A stretch of 64,000 nt of DNA from a bacterium BMS3Abin03 (lineage in GTDB: Bacteria > Bacteroidota > Ignavibacteria > Ignavibacteriales > Ignavibacteriaceae), in NCBI GenBank assembly GCA_002898075.1, contig BDSV01000161.1, positions 8,168 to 72,167 of the forward strand, written 5' to 3'. The position numbers and the translations under genes are program-made. Numbering within the stretch: position 1 is the stretch's first letter; the number at the start of each line of letters is the position of its first letter. The notes beneath the pieces are model-generated. The model saw only the letters and a program-made list of their open reading frames with translations, did not search any database and was not told where the DNA came from. Positions 9,901-17,441 of this stretch are shown here, in pieces.

Positions 9901-12759
9901 GATGTGGCTTTAGTTTATGCTGATTCGAAAGTAACGCAAACTGAAAATCGTACATTCGATAATACACCTTTGAGCGGCTACTTATTATATCCTGAATTTG
10001 ATCGGCAAAAATTGTTTGAGATTTGTTTTATCGGTCCGCAGCCGATGTGGCGAAAATCATTACACGAAAAGTATGGCTATTTTGATGAAAAATTTAAATC
10101 TGCCGGCGATTCTGAATTTTGGCTTAGAATAGTATCAAAAGAAAAGTTTAAGCATATAAATCAATTGCTCGGTTTATATCTGCTTTCGATGGATAGTATT
10201 GAAAATTCTGATCGAAAGACTTCACAAAAGGAATCGGAAATTGCAAGAGAACGATACTGGAAAGGTAAAAGAAAACGTCCTTTACCGGCAGGTGCTTATT
10301 TTATTCCTTACAAAGAATCAAAATTGCAGGTAAAAGAACCTTTGTTTTCTGTCGTTGTTCCCACATTCAATAGACCGGATTACTTACCAAAAGCTCTGGA
10401 CAGCTTATCAAACCAGGTGTTTAAGAATTTTGAAGTAATTGTAGTTAATGATGGGAAAACGGATGAATCATATATAGTTGATAAATATGAAGGCAAAATT
10501 TATATTCGATATTTACATCATATTGTAAACCGTGAACGCTCAGCTTCGAGAAACGATGCGATAAAAATCGCGAGGGGAAAATATTTAGCATTCCTTGATG
10601 ATGATGATATTTATTATCCCGATCATCTTCAGTTGCTGGCAGAAAATATGGATGAGCAGTACGATATTTTTTATACAGATGCGGTTCGGGCGGTTTACGA
10701 AAAGACAGGGAATAAATATAAACTGAAGGACAAGTATGTTCTCTATTCTATCGAATATGACAGGAATAAATTATTAATTGGAAATATTGCACCAATCAAC
10801 TGTTTTGCCGTATCTAAATCAATTGCATTTAAAGCGGGTTTATTTGATGAAACAATTAATGTTTTGGAAGACTGGGAATTCCTTATTCGACTATCCAAAT
10901 TCTCAAATTTCAAACATATAAAACAAAATACTGTTGAAGTAACCTGGAAAGATGATGAAACTACAACTACTTCAAAAATGAGAGATGAATTTTCTATAAC
11001 GAGAAAAAAAATCTATCAAAAGTATGAAAAAGAAATAGCTGAAATTCCAAACAAAGATGAAATCATAAGTGAGTTTAATTCTATTTGGAGAAATGATTTT
11101 TCTATTAATAAAGTCATTGTATCGATAATTATTCCGACGATTAATCAAGTAGAGTTTACACGGCAATGTATTGAAAGTATTGAAAAGTTTACCGATGTAG
11201 AATATGAGATTATTGTAGTTGATAATGCTTCAACAGATAACACGATTGAAGAAGTTCGGAAATATTCAAATGTTAAGATTATAAGAAATTCAGAAAATAG
11301 GGGCTTCCCTAAAGCAATAAATCAAGGAATAAAAGCGGCTAAAGGTAAATATATTCTTATCGCCAACAACGATATTGTTGTTACTGAAGGTTGGTTAAAC
11401 CGTATGATTGAGATTGCAAAAGGCGACGATAGTATTGGCTTGGTAGGTCCAATTTCAAATTCTGTTAGTTGGTATCAGATAGATAAAGATGCAAAGTATA
11501 ACACTTTGGAAGAGATGCATACTTATGCAGAGAAGGTAAAAGAGAAAAACAAAAATAAAACGGAAGAATTCCCACGCATTGCATTTTTATGCGCTCTAAT
11601 CAAGCGAGAAGTTACAGATAAAATTGGCGGTTTGGATGAGCGGTTTTCACCCGGGAATTATGAAGATGATGATTTTTGCCTGCGTGCGCAGTTGGCAGGT
11701 TATAAAACAGTAATAGCAAAGGATGTATTTATTCATCATTTCGGATCAAAGAGTTTTACTAATGAGGGTAAAGATAAATATTTGCAGTTGCTCGGGAGGA
11801 ATAAAGAAATATTTGTTGAAAAATGGGGAGCCGATCCGGAACAGATCTGGCTGAAAGGTGAAAAACCAAAATCGGTGGATATAGTTTACCCTCTTCATGA
11901 AAACAAATTTACAAAATCATTCCGAAGGGCAACAAAAAATATTAATGAAAAAGATTTCAAATCTGCAAGTGCCAATCTGAAAATTGCAATTGAAAATTAT
12001 GAGGAGTCTGCGAATAATGAATTAATTGAATATTCAACTTTACTAAATCTTGCAGGTAATATTGCATTATATAATAATGATTTGCAATCGGCGAAAAACT
12101 TTTTTGAAGATGAACTTAATTACAAACCCGATTCTGCTACTGCTTGCTTTGGTCTTGCAGAGTTATTATTCCTCGATGAAAACTACAAAGCAGCTAAGAT
12201 AATGTTTGAATACGCAGTAAAAAACGATCCCGATTATGAATTAGCAATATCAGGTTTACGAAAGACAAACAGACTATTGCAGTTACCGCCGGATGATAAC
12301 ACTTTGCAAGTAAATGATGGACAAAATTCTTTAGAAAAAGTAGAAAAATTGCTAAAGGAAGCACGTAAAAATTTTGAGAGTAAAAACTTTAGTGATGCTT
12401 TAAAACTGGTAACGGAAGCAGAGAAATTGATAGAAAATGGCTCGCTTAATGGGCAAGAGCAGGAGTTGCTCGTTCCTTTAAATAACTTTAAAGGGTATTG
12501 CTATGTAGGTTTAAATAAACTTGATGATGCCAAATCATGCTTTGAAAATGCTTTGAAAACCGAACCGAATTCCTCCGATGCTTGCGCTGGTCTGGCAGAA
12601 GCGGATTACCTTTCCGGGAATGATCAAGAAGCGAAGGTTATGTTTGAGTGGGCGGTTAAAAATGATTCGGATAATTTATTTGCGGTTGAAAGGTTGAAAA
12701 AAGTTAATTTACATTTAGGATACGAAGAAGCACATAATTCTCTTTTAGTTGAACAATAA
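952..12759 (+). CDS. giant multidomain TPR / nucleotidyltransferase-like / SAM-methyltransferase / multi-glycosyltransferase protein (3,935 aa)
   Basis: Uninterrupted 11.8-kb ORF in AT-rich DNA. Motifs read by eye, approximate nt: TPR 952-1280. Pol-beta-type NTase signature LLHGSLADGKTEKGYSDFDV ~1768-1850. Second NTase-like FGNVGSPGLSDLDLLVIF ~2695-2760. Class I SAM-MTase (AVDLGSE ... LEHQPD ... ILKPNGVFALSFD) ~3760-4080. GT9/heptosyltransferase-like (VWVRIDSIGDNIL ... VGVDTGLAHVSAA) ~4315-5345. TPR ~5490-5960. GT2 no.1 (ISIITPSFNQGKYIEKTIQSV..IIIDGGSTDNT) ~6025-6700. CgeB-like GT-B (FFRGKI ... RVYEALACGCALITNK) ~6960-7920. GT4 (PSKHEGFGLPILEAMQSGCPVI, E-x7-E at 8785-8811) ~7975-9060. TPR-like ~9060-9540. 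GT2 no.2 (VSAIVSTYNSEKFI) ~9565-10230. GT2 no.3 (FSVVVPTFNRPDYL) ~10342-11000. GT2 no.4 (VSIIIPTINQVEF ... VVDNASTDNT) ~11119-11850. TPR ~11900-12756. No signal peptide or convincing TM helix. Confidence 0.9.
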   Translation: MDTNYHDQLPDEDKLNFLFERLIAAKKYDECEVLCKNILEKNSNSSIAFKALGNINFEQNNIQQALQFYEKSIEANQNNVESVEKLFQLYSTFLQQDKLNNLLCRVYRTTNLNFGYFLPELETAAATEFNKIYQEYFLRIIFKEIKSIFVELVYSPIWSGSPGTITEWKNSSIRSPRFEWLLRNCQNVIPEFYSFLNDKLQEFDSSIPMKETFRLLNKGLLDVTKRLNGNFISLGKKKMESELSFEIWENNLKGRDEEELLLKFNEFIQTENIYSVLLHGSLADGKTEKGYSDFDVTFILNIPKDPSKDELFSIAEAVVKSNHFLLAYNPFMHHGPLLNFIDELNWATEASFPSVLVRNGIWMKNSIKHVSYIDDGLDFILSFSPFDNFFANNFQQPEDFHNPFDLIWWSSSVMFLPLLLTQMLDKKSIWKRDLLTKKNDLIPAKYWELLEEISSIRKKVAQLIQKKVSLPSTVLISDENPGIILNRFKEKFPLDLAEIQSVGITNKLINTTKEFWLFCKNAVFYYNFINQHSSNSSLNIFLNNWANDITEIPVPSTFDIYQETKEYFLKLCETIPQIISVYEFGNVGSPGLSDLDLLVIFDDELSGIPSQLTINSMQQKYAEVFNHNPIFISESSLPMFGAIFPLFNCKRIFGKEQIIKLTTEFDTLVQLSLFTFINVLKYPRDIIYLSKQNKLRWKTLLTYLNSFNHVAKAFELLNITVPLSIQKCLQLNDYIRTNFQENKMSIDDLKDALLLMLEGSTDMILVFDKIWAEAIPELKDIYGTVEKNKYFKQVLNSLTSKTTTYPKLPPILNVVMLHLQKIDDKINIPSSVFEKIEKAFSEYIRYKNNFIQNELVHRRNIDHYIIGNAFSTLPDQAEQKDYSLANIKELESPQFEWFMFKLNAFAYEHSLRMMINWSKIWEYPWIWFNALHNIDFDGKTAVDLGSELSPIPWLLAMKGANVVLIETDEQYISDWRRLNKELNLNVEWRIVSDEKIPLPNNSADILTSFSVLEHQPDKNGAVEEVIRILKPNGVFALSFDICETNMGMTFPEWNGKAIDLQDFETILWTNPAFQKSFKPEWNINDITSFWQWHLQSAEHHNYVTAAAIFYNKKIELKNEEAKNIVWVRIDSIGDNILASSILPHIKQKFSNSKTTVICQEHISELYESSPYVDNIIPLDKKKYEEDNDYRREFINKLNELDPDYVLNSVFSREEIGDEIVENIDSKVKIGFFGDTNNISEEQRETNNKFYTHLIPNDNSDYPIELNLHKQFLNYLNIEVEALKPVVWITDEDREFANHLMQQYDIEQNKFLVLFAGAQSFAKSFYDFGKAIKSFVEENSLSVIALGDNKDFNVNQINLDELNVSTVNLSGKTTLRQAIAIVEKASMAVGVDTGLAHVSAAVEIQNVILLGGGHFGRFMPYSNLTSIVALPLNCYRCDWRCKHGSAYCVKDVDYKVIEEAVNQTFSKKSDKARVFIQTIFQPETDREKPKWEFDDDLLSDQNIEIIKVKPEISLKEIELLILGKEYEKAINHLRGLLNFNPDDINVLNNLAVVQILTKRWENASQTLIAVLKIDPENQVAIENVQYLEKQLVYHKAILDSEELIKQHNFEDAKKILREILNHEPNHIDALNNLAVVEISKNNLAEANLVLEKILNLDPENSVALNNKNVLWELIGQDTSPGQVIKIVDSNYPKISIITPSFNQGKYIEKTIQSVFEQNYPNLEYIIIDGGSTDNTVEIIKKYQDKIDYWVSEKDDGQADAINKGIKKATGEIIAWLNSDDFYYPDALHGIAEAYLKYPDAGLYTGNGYKVDRSGNNPRLYANSVGFDYNALLNGSCFILQPSTFINRKAVDKLGLLDDSLRYGLDLEYWLRIGKEFDVIVINKPLSAYRWYDEIKTNEGFKRWIELWQIYKRYTDAEITPGLLVEFFSILKKDFVRKDLEIDVKDLAAKGFEYTYLLMQQALNLKDCIPEGRGIICTPTLKDKSSNHIKPKQISVVKDLNTKPKIDVVLQATGVHAWGVGRGWENGANKLGLHHRTFAPGASWGAKDVDCDDGLYDYLLKPEADVMILLGFDWHSQMLHLNPKWKDRWLKTSIYKVLYVQESVENHCKLFNTLNMKSSLISAAEIADFIVYTDLNDTEFIKSLGKPYLLQPFGVDDTVFNIKKDLTSRKNRAFFRGKIVPFNNDNAYAERRTLLKYLLDNDLIDLIEYSNQPVTAGEIARDFNQYTTAVNLPSVFANHPTRVYEALACGCALITNKTNIPKVDSLFEDGVHLIYYSDKTSLQKSIGLLQGDKKLLNDLSKNGYEYVLDNFTLDKHLNEIISYSKNRISLSEQETKIDIPAKRDKTKILIDGVIFQLQKNRPHGIYRVWEALLREFSKTDLADRILLLDRELSAPDIPNIQTKVIHSYTYAQCNADSHYLQDICDEEKASLFISTYYTYPDRTHNVLLLHDMIPEAMGWDLSNEHWSTKIKALLKANAYFSVSNSTKNDFIKYYPKLSNKKIFVVNNAADHHFRKNSLPEIENFKIKKGLKKPYFIVSGNRDKYKNAILFFKAFSKLRNKKSFQVLITGGSENIEEEFLPYLKGINYQLVRLDDKELSLAYNGAVALVYPSKHEGFGLPILEAMQSGCPVITCKNSSISEVANNAAIYVNENDVNEMKQVLIKVQKQDVRNSFINKGLKNALRFSWKKSAAEYKKYLYRLLREFKNKKLNPSTPLDEYNKLYYLIMKDERLGVAHSKLIDLLIDGIKADPAEFYKIEKELVRLEQFDFYHLLKSLNKKNKKDPFYCYVEGLIYQKNNDYHNALALYMDSLNAGWTHWRIGYLAALAAIDDNNLDVAKQLLETVIKAKPDYRDAVDKLQFVVDIMSGKIKPNKIKVSAIVSTYNSEKFIRGCLDDLINQTLYKKGELEIIVVNSGSNENESRIVQEYQTKFSNLELISTDERETVYKAWNRGIKAATGKYITNANTDDRHRHDALEILTLELDKNNDVALVYADSKVTQTENRTFDNTPLSGYLLYPEFDRQKLFEICFIGPQPMWRKSLHEKYGYFDEKFKSAGDSEFWLRIVSKEKFKHINQLLGLYLLSMDSIENSDRKTSQKESEIARERYWKGKRKRPLPAGAYFIPYKESKLQVKEPLFSVVVPTFNRPDYLPKALDSLSNQVFKNFEVIVVNDGKTDESYIVDKYEGKIYIRYLHHIVNRERSASRNDAIKIARGKYLAFLDDDDIYYPDHLQLLAENMDEQYDIFYTDAVRAVYEKTGNKYKLKDKYVLYSIEYDRNKLLIGNIAPINCFAVSKSIAFKAGLFDETINVLEDWEFLIRLSKFSNFKHIKQNTVEVTWKDDETTTTSKMRDEFSITRKKIYQKYEKEIAEIPNKDEIISEFNSIWRNDFSINKVIVSIIIPTINQVEFTRQCIESIEKFTDVEYEIIVVDNASTDNTIEEVRKYSNVKIIRNSENRGFPKAINQGIKAAKGKYILIANNDIVVTEGWLNRMIEIAKGDDSIGLVGPISNSVSWYQIDKDAKYNTLEEMHTYAEKVKEKNKNKTEEFPRIAFLCALIKREVTDKIGGLDERFSPGNYEDDDFCLRAQLAGYKTVIAKDVFIHHFGSKSFTNEGKDKYLQLLGRNKEIFVEKWGADPEQIWLKGEKPKSVDIVYPLHENKFTKSFRRATKNINEKDFKSASANLKIAIENYEESANNELIEYSTLLNLAGNIALYNNDLQSAKNFFEDELNYKPDSATACFGLAELLFLDENYKAAKIMFEYAVKNDPDYELAISGLRKTNRLLQLPPDDNTLQVNDGQNSLEKVEKLLKEARKNFESKNFSDALKLVTEAEKLIENGSLNGQEQELLVPLNNFKGYCYVGLNKLDDAKSCFENALKTEPNSSDACAGLAEADYLSGNDQEAKVMFEWAVKNDSDNLFAVERLKKVNLHLGYEEAHNSLLVEQ

Positions 12760-12785
12760 AAACCGGTAATAAATAATTTAATAAT

Positions 12786-15700
12786 ATGGATGAATATTCG
12801 AAAGCAATAGAATACTTTAACAATAAGGAATTTCTACCGGCTGAGGAAATTCTTATAAATTTATTAGAGCAGAATGATAATGATTATGATGTTGCAAATT
12901 TCCTCGGGATAATTCAGCTATATCTTTGTAATTATAAAAAAGCAATAAGTTATTTTAACCGGGTTGTTTTTATTTATGATAAACATGCAAATGCGTTTTA
13001 TAACCTCGGTATTTGTTATGAGAAAACCGGTAATAACAATCTGGCAATATCGAATTATGAAAAAGCAATTGAATACAATCAGAATCTGGTAGATGCCTAT
13101 TTAAATTTAGGACGGTTACTAACTACTAAAGGTGAATTTGCTGAAGCGGAAAAACTTTATAAAACTGCAATAAAAAACAATTCGAAGTATCCACAATTAT
13201 ATAATAATCTTGCAAACCTGTATTTCAAATTAAATAAATGGCAGGATGCCATAAGAAATTATAAATCTGCGATAAAGCTTAATACTAATAACGGTAACTA
13301 TTATTTCAATCTCGGTAGTTGTTATGCTAAGAATGAAGAGTATAATCTTGCGATTGAAAATTATGAAAAAACAATTCAATTAAAACAGGATCATATCGGG
13401 GCGATGAATAATTTAGCTATAATTCAAACAAAACTTAATTGTAATAAAAAAGCTATTGAATTATATCATAAAATAATCTCAATCGATGAAGATAACGCAC
13501 AAGCATACTTTAACCTGGCAAATACTTACCACGAAGAAAAAAATTACGATGAAGCACTAAGATATTACGAACATGCAATTAAACTCGACCCTAACCTAAA
13601 AAGCGTATTTGTTAATATCGGCAGAATATTTCTACAAAAAGGAGATACTCAAACTGCCGAAGAGTTTTTTCTTAAAGCCATCGATGATGAAGAGAACAGG
13701 GTAATTGCTTTTACAAATTTAGGTGTAGGCAGTCTTGAGAATTTGAAAATTGATGAAGCGATTTCCTTCTTTGATATTGCAATAAAAAGCAAATCTGATT
13801 TAATCGAAGCACACTATAATAAAGCACATGCTCTATTGTTAAAGGGTAAATATTCTGAGGGCTGGCAGGAATACGAGTGGAGAAAGAAACGGAAAGATTT
13901 TATTAAACCGAATCTATCCAAGCCGGAATTAAAGGATCAGAATATTAAAAATAAACGAATATTGGTTTATGCAGAACAGGGTTTAGGCGATACGATACAT
14001 TTTGTTCGCTATCTCAAATTACTTAAAGAAAAAAATTGCTACCTGATATTTGAGTGTGATGAAAAATTAGCCGGTCTCTTTGAAAACATTAATTGGATCG
14101 ATGAATTAATAATTTGTCAAAATTCAGATGAACCGGAAATTGAGTACGATTATCAGATAGCATTGCTGAGTTTACCTTTCTATTTTAATACAGAGTTTAA
14201 AACTATTCCTTCATTTGAGAAATACCTGGTTCCCGATACGAAATTTGAGGATAAGTGGAAACTAATTATTGGTAAAAATGAAAATTTAAAAGTCGGAATA
14301 GTGTGGGCGGGAAATCCCAATAACAATAGAGATAAAATTCGTTCTATTCCTCTGCTGAATTTTCTTCCGCTATTTGCAATAAAGGGTGTTGATTTTTATA
14401 GTTTGCAAGTTGGTCCCGCAGCCGATCAGTTATCCGATATTTATTATCCGATTGTTCGGCTTGATAAACACATAAAGAATTTTTCCGATACGGCTGCAAT
14501 AATAAATCGTCTTGATTTGATTATAACTGTAGATACATCTGTTGCGCATTTAGCAGGTGCATTGGGTAAACCGGTTTGGAATTTATTAATGTATCTGCCC
14601 GATTGGCGATGGTTATTGAACCGTAAAGAAACACCATGGTATCCATCTATGAGACTTTACAGGCAGCAGAAGAAAGGTGATTGGAATAGTGTTTTAAATG
14701 AAATCAATTATGATTTACAAAGTTTAGTGAATGTAAATATAGGTGTTGGTACTAACAGTAAAATTAAGTCGATGCGGAATGAAAAAACTATAACTGATAA
14801 TAAAAATGAACTTCCACTTTATCTCGGACTGAGCAATGGAGAAAACTTCGGATGGGGGATTTGCAGTAAATATCTGAGAAAAGAATTAACCGGGAAGGTT
14901 AAAACTGTTAACCTCGGTGAAGCAGATATCACTTCACAAGCGAAGAGTTTACCCGGTTATTTATTCAATGCAATCACTAATAACAGCTTAAAAGGATTAT
15001 ATAATTTAAAAGGAATTAGATCCTATGGCTATACTTTTTTTGAAAACGAATTAACACATTCAGCTGCCGAAAACGCAAAGCAATTTGATGTAATCCTTGC
15101 CGGTTCATCGTGGTGCTGCCAAAAATTGAAAGAAGGTAAGATTAAAAATACAGATGTGCTGATTCAGGGAATCGATCCGAATTTATTTTTCCCGGGAGGA
15201 GAAAAAGAAGATAATAATTTGTTCGTGATTTTTTCCGGCGGAAAATTCGAATTAAGAAAGGGACAGGATTTAGTTATTAAAGCATTCAAAATATTACAAC
15301 AAAAATATTCTGATATGATTCTGATAAACGCATGGTATAATCTCTGGTCGGATGTTATTGCTTCGATGCAATATTCCAAATACATAAACTTCAAAATGGA
15401 AGGTAATAACTGGCAGGATAAGATGGAATCCCTTTTCCAGGCAAATGAAATCGATTCCTCAAAAATATTTTCTCTTCCGCTCGTACCGAATGGAAAAATG
15501 CGTGAATTATATCTAAAATCAGATGTCGGGCTTTTCCCCAACAGATGTGAAGGTGGAACGAATCTCGTTATGATGGAATACATGGCTTGCGGTAAAGCCG
15601 TAATTGCTTCTTATAACAGCGGGCATAAAGATATCTTAAATGAAAGCAACTCGTTACAGTTAAAAACAATGAATGATTTCCGGTTATTTGATGATGAAAA

Positions 15701-15875
15701 AAATTTGATTGCAGACTGGAGTGAACCGGAACTCGATGAAATAATTGAACATATCGAATACGCCTATAATAATAGAGAAGAAATAGAAAAAATCGGAAAG
15801 ACAGCAGGAGAACATCTTAAAAGGTTTACCTGGTCTGACACAGCGGATAATTTATTAAAGATTATTTATAAATGA
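12786..15875 (+). CDS. TPR-repeat protein fused to a GT9-like domain and a C-terminal GT1/GT4-like glycosyltransferase domain (1,029 aa)
   Basis: About 350 aa of canonical TPRs (A..YYNLG.CY...G....AI..YEKAI repeated) at 12786-13850. GT9-like motifs ILVYAEQGLGDTIHFVRY (~13960-14015) and ITVDTSVAHLAGALGKPVW (~14529-14580). C-terminal GT-B motif EGGTNLVMMEYMACGKAVIAS (~15549-15610). Starts 26 nt after the giant ORF. Confidence 0.85.
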   Translation: MDEYSKAIEYFNNKEFLPAEEILINLLEQNDNDYDVANFLGIIQLYLCNYKKAISYFNRVVFIYDKHANAFYNLGICYEKTGNNNLAISNYEKAIEYNQNLVDAYLNLGRLLTTKGEFAEAEKLYKTAIKNNSKYPQLYNNLANLYFKLNKWQDAIRNYKSAIKLNTNNGNYYFNLGSCYAKNEEYNLAIENYEKTIQLKQDHIGAMNNLAIIQTKLNCNKKAIELYHKIISIDEDNAQAYFNLANTYHEEKNYDEALRYYEHAIKLDPNLKSVFVNIGRIFLQKGDTQTAEEFFLKAIDDEENRVIAFTNLGVGSLENLKIDEAISFFDIAIKSKSDLIEAHYNKAHALLLKGKYSEGWQEYEWRKKRKDFIKPNLSKPELKDQNIKNKRILVYAEQGLGDTIHFVRYLKLLKEKNCYLIFECDEKLAGLFENINWIDELIICQNSDEPEIEYDYQIALLSLPFYFNTEFKTIPSFEKYLVPDTKFEDKWKLIIGKNENLKVGIVWAGNPNNNRDKIRSIPLLNFLPLFAIKGVDFYSLQVGPAADQLSDIYYPIVRLDKHIKNFSDTAAIINRLDLIITVDTSVAHLAGALGKPVWNLLMYLPDWRWLLNRKETPWYPSMRLYRQQKKGDWNSVLNEINYDLQSLVNVNIGVGTNSKIKSMRNEKTITDNKNELPLYLGLSNGENFGWGICSKYLRKELTGKVKTVNLGEADITSQAKSLPGYLFNAITNNSLKGLYNLKGIRSYGYTFFENELTHSAAENAKQFDVILAGSSWCCQKLKEGKIKNTDVLIQGIDPNLFFPGGEKEDNNLFVIFSGGKFELRKGQDLVIKAFKILQQKYSDMILINAWYNLWSDVIASMQYSKYINFKMEGNNWQDKMESLFQANEIDSSKIFSLPLVPNGKMRELYLKSDVGLFPNRCEGGTNLVMMEYMACGKAVIASYNSGHKDILNESNSLQLKTMNDFRLFDDEKNLIADWSEPELDEIIEHIEYAYNNREEIEKIGKTAGEHLKRFTWSDTADNLLKIIYK

Positions 15876-15893
15876 GTTTACCAAAATCTCATT

Positions 15894-17426
15894 ATGGAGA
15901 AAGTTAATATGATAACATTAAGTATGATAGTTAAAAATGAAGAGGAACATCTTAAAGATTGTTTGCTCTCGGTAAAAGACGTCGTAGATGAAATTGTATT
16001 AGTGGATACCGGCTCGACTGACAATACAATTGAGATAGCTAAAAAATTCGGTGCGAAAGTATATAACTTTAATTGGATCGATGATTTTTCCGCGGCAAGA
16101 AATTTTGCACTGGACCATTCATCCGGTGATTGGATTTTATACCTGGATGCCGATGAAAGACTATCAGATTCGTCGAAGAATGAATTAAAAAATTTAACAA
16201 GAAGAAAAAATGAATGTGCATATTTTTGTAAAGTAAAAAGCATTAACGATTTTAACCGCAGATCTTCAGTAATGGATTATGTGCGGTTATTTCCCAACGA
16301 GAAGAATATTAGGTTTGAGGGAAAAATTCACGAACAAATTGAAAACGCATTAAGAAATGAAAATTATTCAATTAAAAAATCGAATATTGAAATCTTACAT
16401 CTCGGTTATAATCTTTCTGATGAAAATTTAAAAGAAAAAGCGAAAAGAAATCTACAGTTGTTAAGTAAAGAATTCGAAAATAACCCATCATCCTATTATG
16501 CTTTTCAGCTTGGGCAATCGTATGGTATATTAAATGATAAGATAAATGCGGAAAAATATTTTCGCATCTCGTTAAATGATACAACCCTTAAAAACGAATA
16601 CAAATCATTGGCATATAGATATCTGTCTGTAAATTCAGTGGAAAAGGGTGAGTGGGATTCAGCACTTAGTTATATCGAAAAAAGTTTATCGGCTGACGAG
16701 GCGCAGCCAATAGCTTTAATGGTTGCTGCAAAAATATATTTGCATTTCGGCAAAGGCGGGGATGCTAAATATTATTGTAAAAAAGCTTACCTGATTAATG
16801 AAGATTATCTATCGGGTAACCGGTCTTCACATCAGACTATTTTATTAGATGAGCAGATAATTATTGATGAAAGCATAAACATTGCAGCTAAATTATCGGA
16901 TAAAGAATTATTTAAGTTCTTTTATGAAAAAATTGAGCCGGATGTTGATAAAGTAGAAGAAACCGAAAACCATGTTAGGGCTATTATATTTAATAAGTTA
17001 TTCGAGGATACAGAAATCACAAAAAGTGAAATAGAAAAATTTGAAAAATATTTAATGAGCGAGAGCGATGTTAACACAATAGTTGACTTGTTGGAAAATT
17101 ATTCATACGTAGAAGCAAAATTATTAATTTTAGACTCGATATATAAGATTTTTCCGCAAAATACACTTGTTCTTAATAAATTTGCATTAGCGTTAGAAGA
17201 AGACAATAATTTTACAAAAGCGGAAGAATTATTAGAAAAATCACTTGCTTTAAATAGTGAAGACCCTGCCGTAATTTTTTATCTAATTTCAATTTATTTA
17301 AAAAGTGAGCAATTCAATAAAATACCAAACTTAATTCGTATAGCCGAAGAAAATTTTATGAATGAGCCGGTTGTTTTACAGAGGATTGAAATATTAAAGG
17401 ACAAATTAAGGCAATTTATTAAATAA
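15894..17426 (+). CDS. family-2 glycosyltransferase with C-terminal TPR-like helical repeats (510 aa)
   Basis: N-terminal GT-A motifs: ITLSMIVKNEEEHLKDCL, VLVDTGSTDNT, WIDDFSAARN, LYLDADE (DxD ~16147-16158). The C-terminal half is helical-repeat/TPR-like. Starts 18 nt after the previous gene and ends 120 nt before flagellin. Confidence 0.85.
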   Translation: MEKVNMITLSMIVKNEEEHLKDCLLSVKDVVDEIVLVDTGSTDNTIEIAKKFGAKVYNFNWIDDFSAARNFALDHSSGDWILYLDADERLSDSSKNELKNLTRRKNECAYFCKVKSINDFNRRSSVMDYVRLFPNEKNIRFEGKIHEQIENALRNENYSIKKSNIEILHLGYNLSDENLKEKAKRNLQLLSKEFENNPSSYYAFQLGQSYGILNDKINAEKYFRISLNDTTLKNEYKSLAYRYLSVNSVEKGEWDSALSYIEKSLSADEAQPIALMVAAKIYLHFGKGGDAKYYCKKAYLINEDYLSGNRSSHQTILLDEQIIIDESINIAAKLSDKELFKFFYEKIEPDVDKVEETENHVRAIIFNKLFEDTEITKSEIEKFEKYLMSESDVNTIVDLLENYSYVEAKLLILDSIYKIFPQNTLVLNKFALALEEDNNFTKAEELLEKSLALNSEDPAVIFYLISIYLKSEQFNKIPNLIRIAEENFMNEPVVLQRIEILKDKLRQFIK

Positions 17427-17441
17427 ATTACAAGAATCTTC

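Noticed and set aside
952-12759. Whether the giant ORF is a repetitive adhesin/RTX-like surface protein, or an artefactual read-through of several genes.
   Set aside because: It has no signal peptide, no tandem Ig/cadherin/RTX-type repeats, and enzyme catalytic motifs throughout. No in-frame stops or obvious frame changes are visible between domains. An assembly artefact cannot be excluded without reads, and this is noted in the finding.
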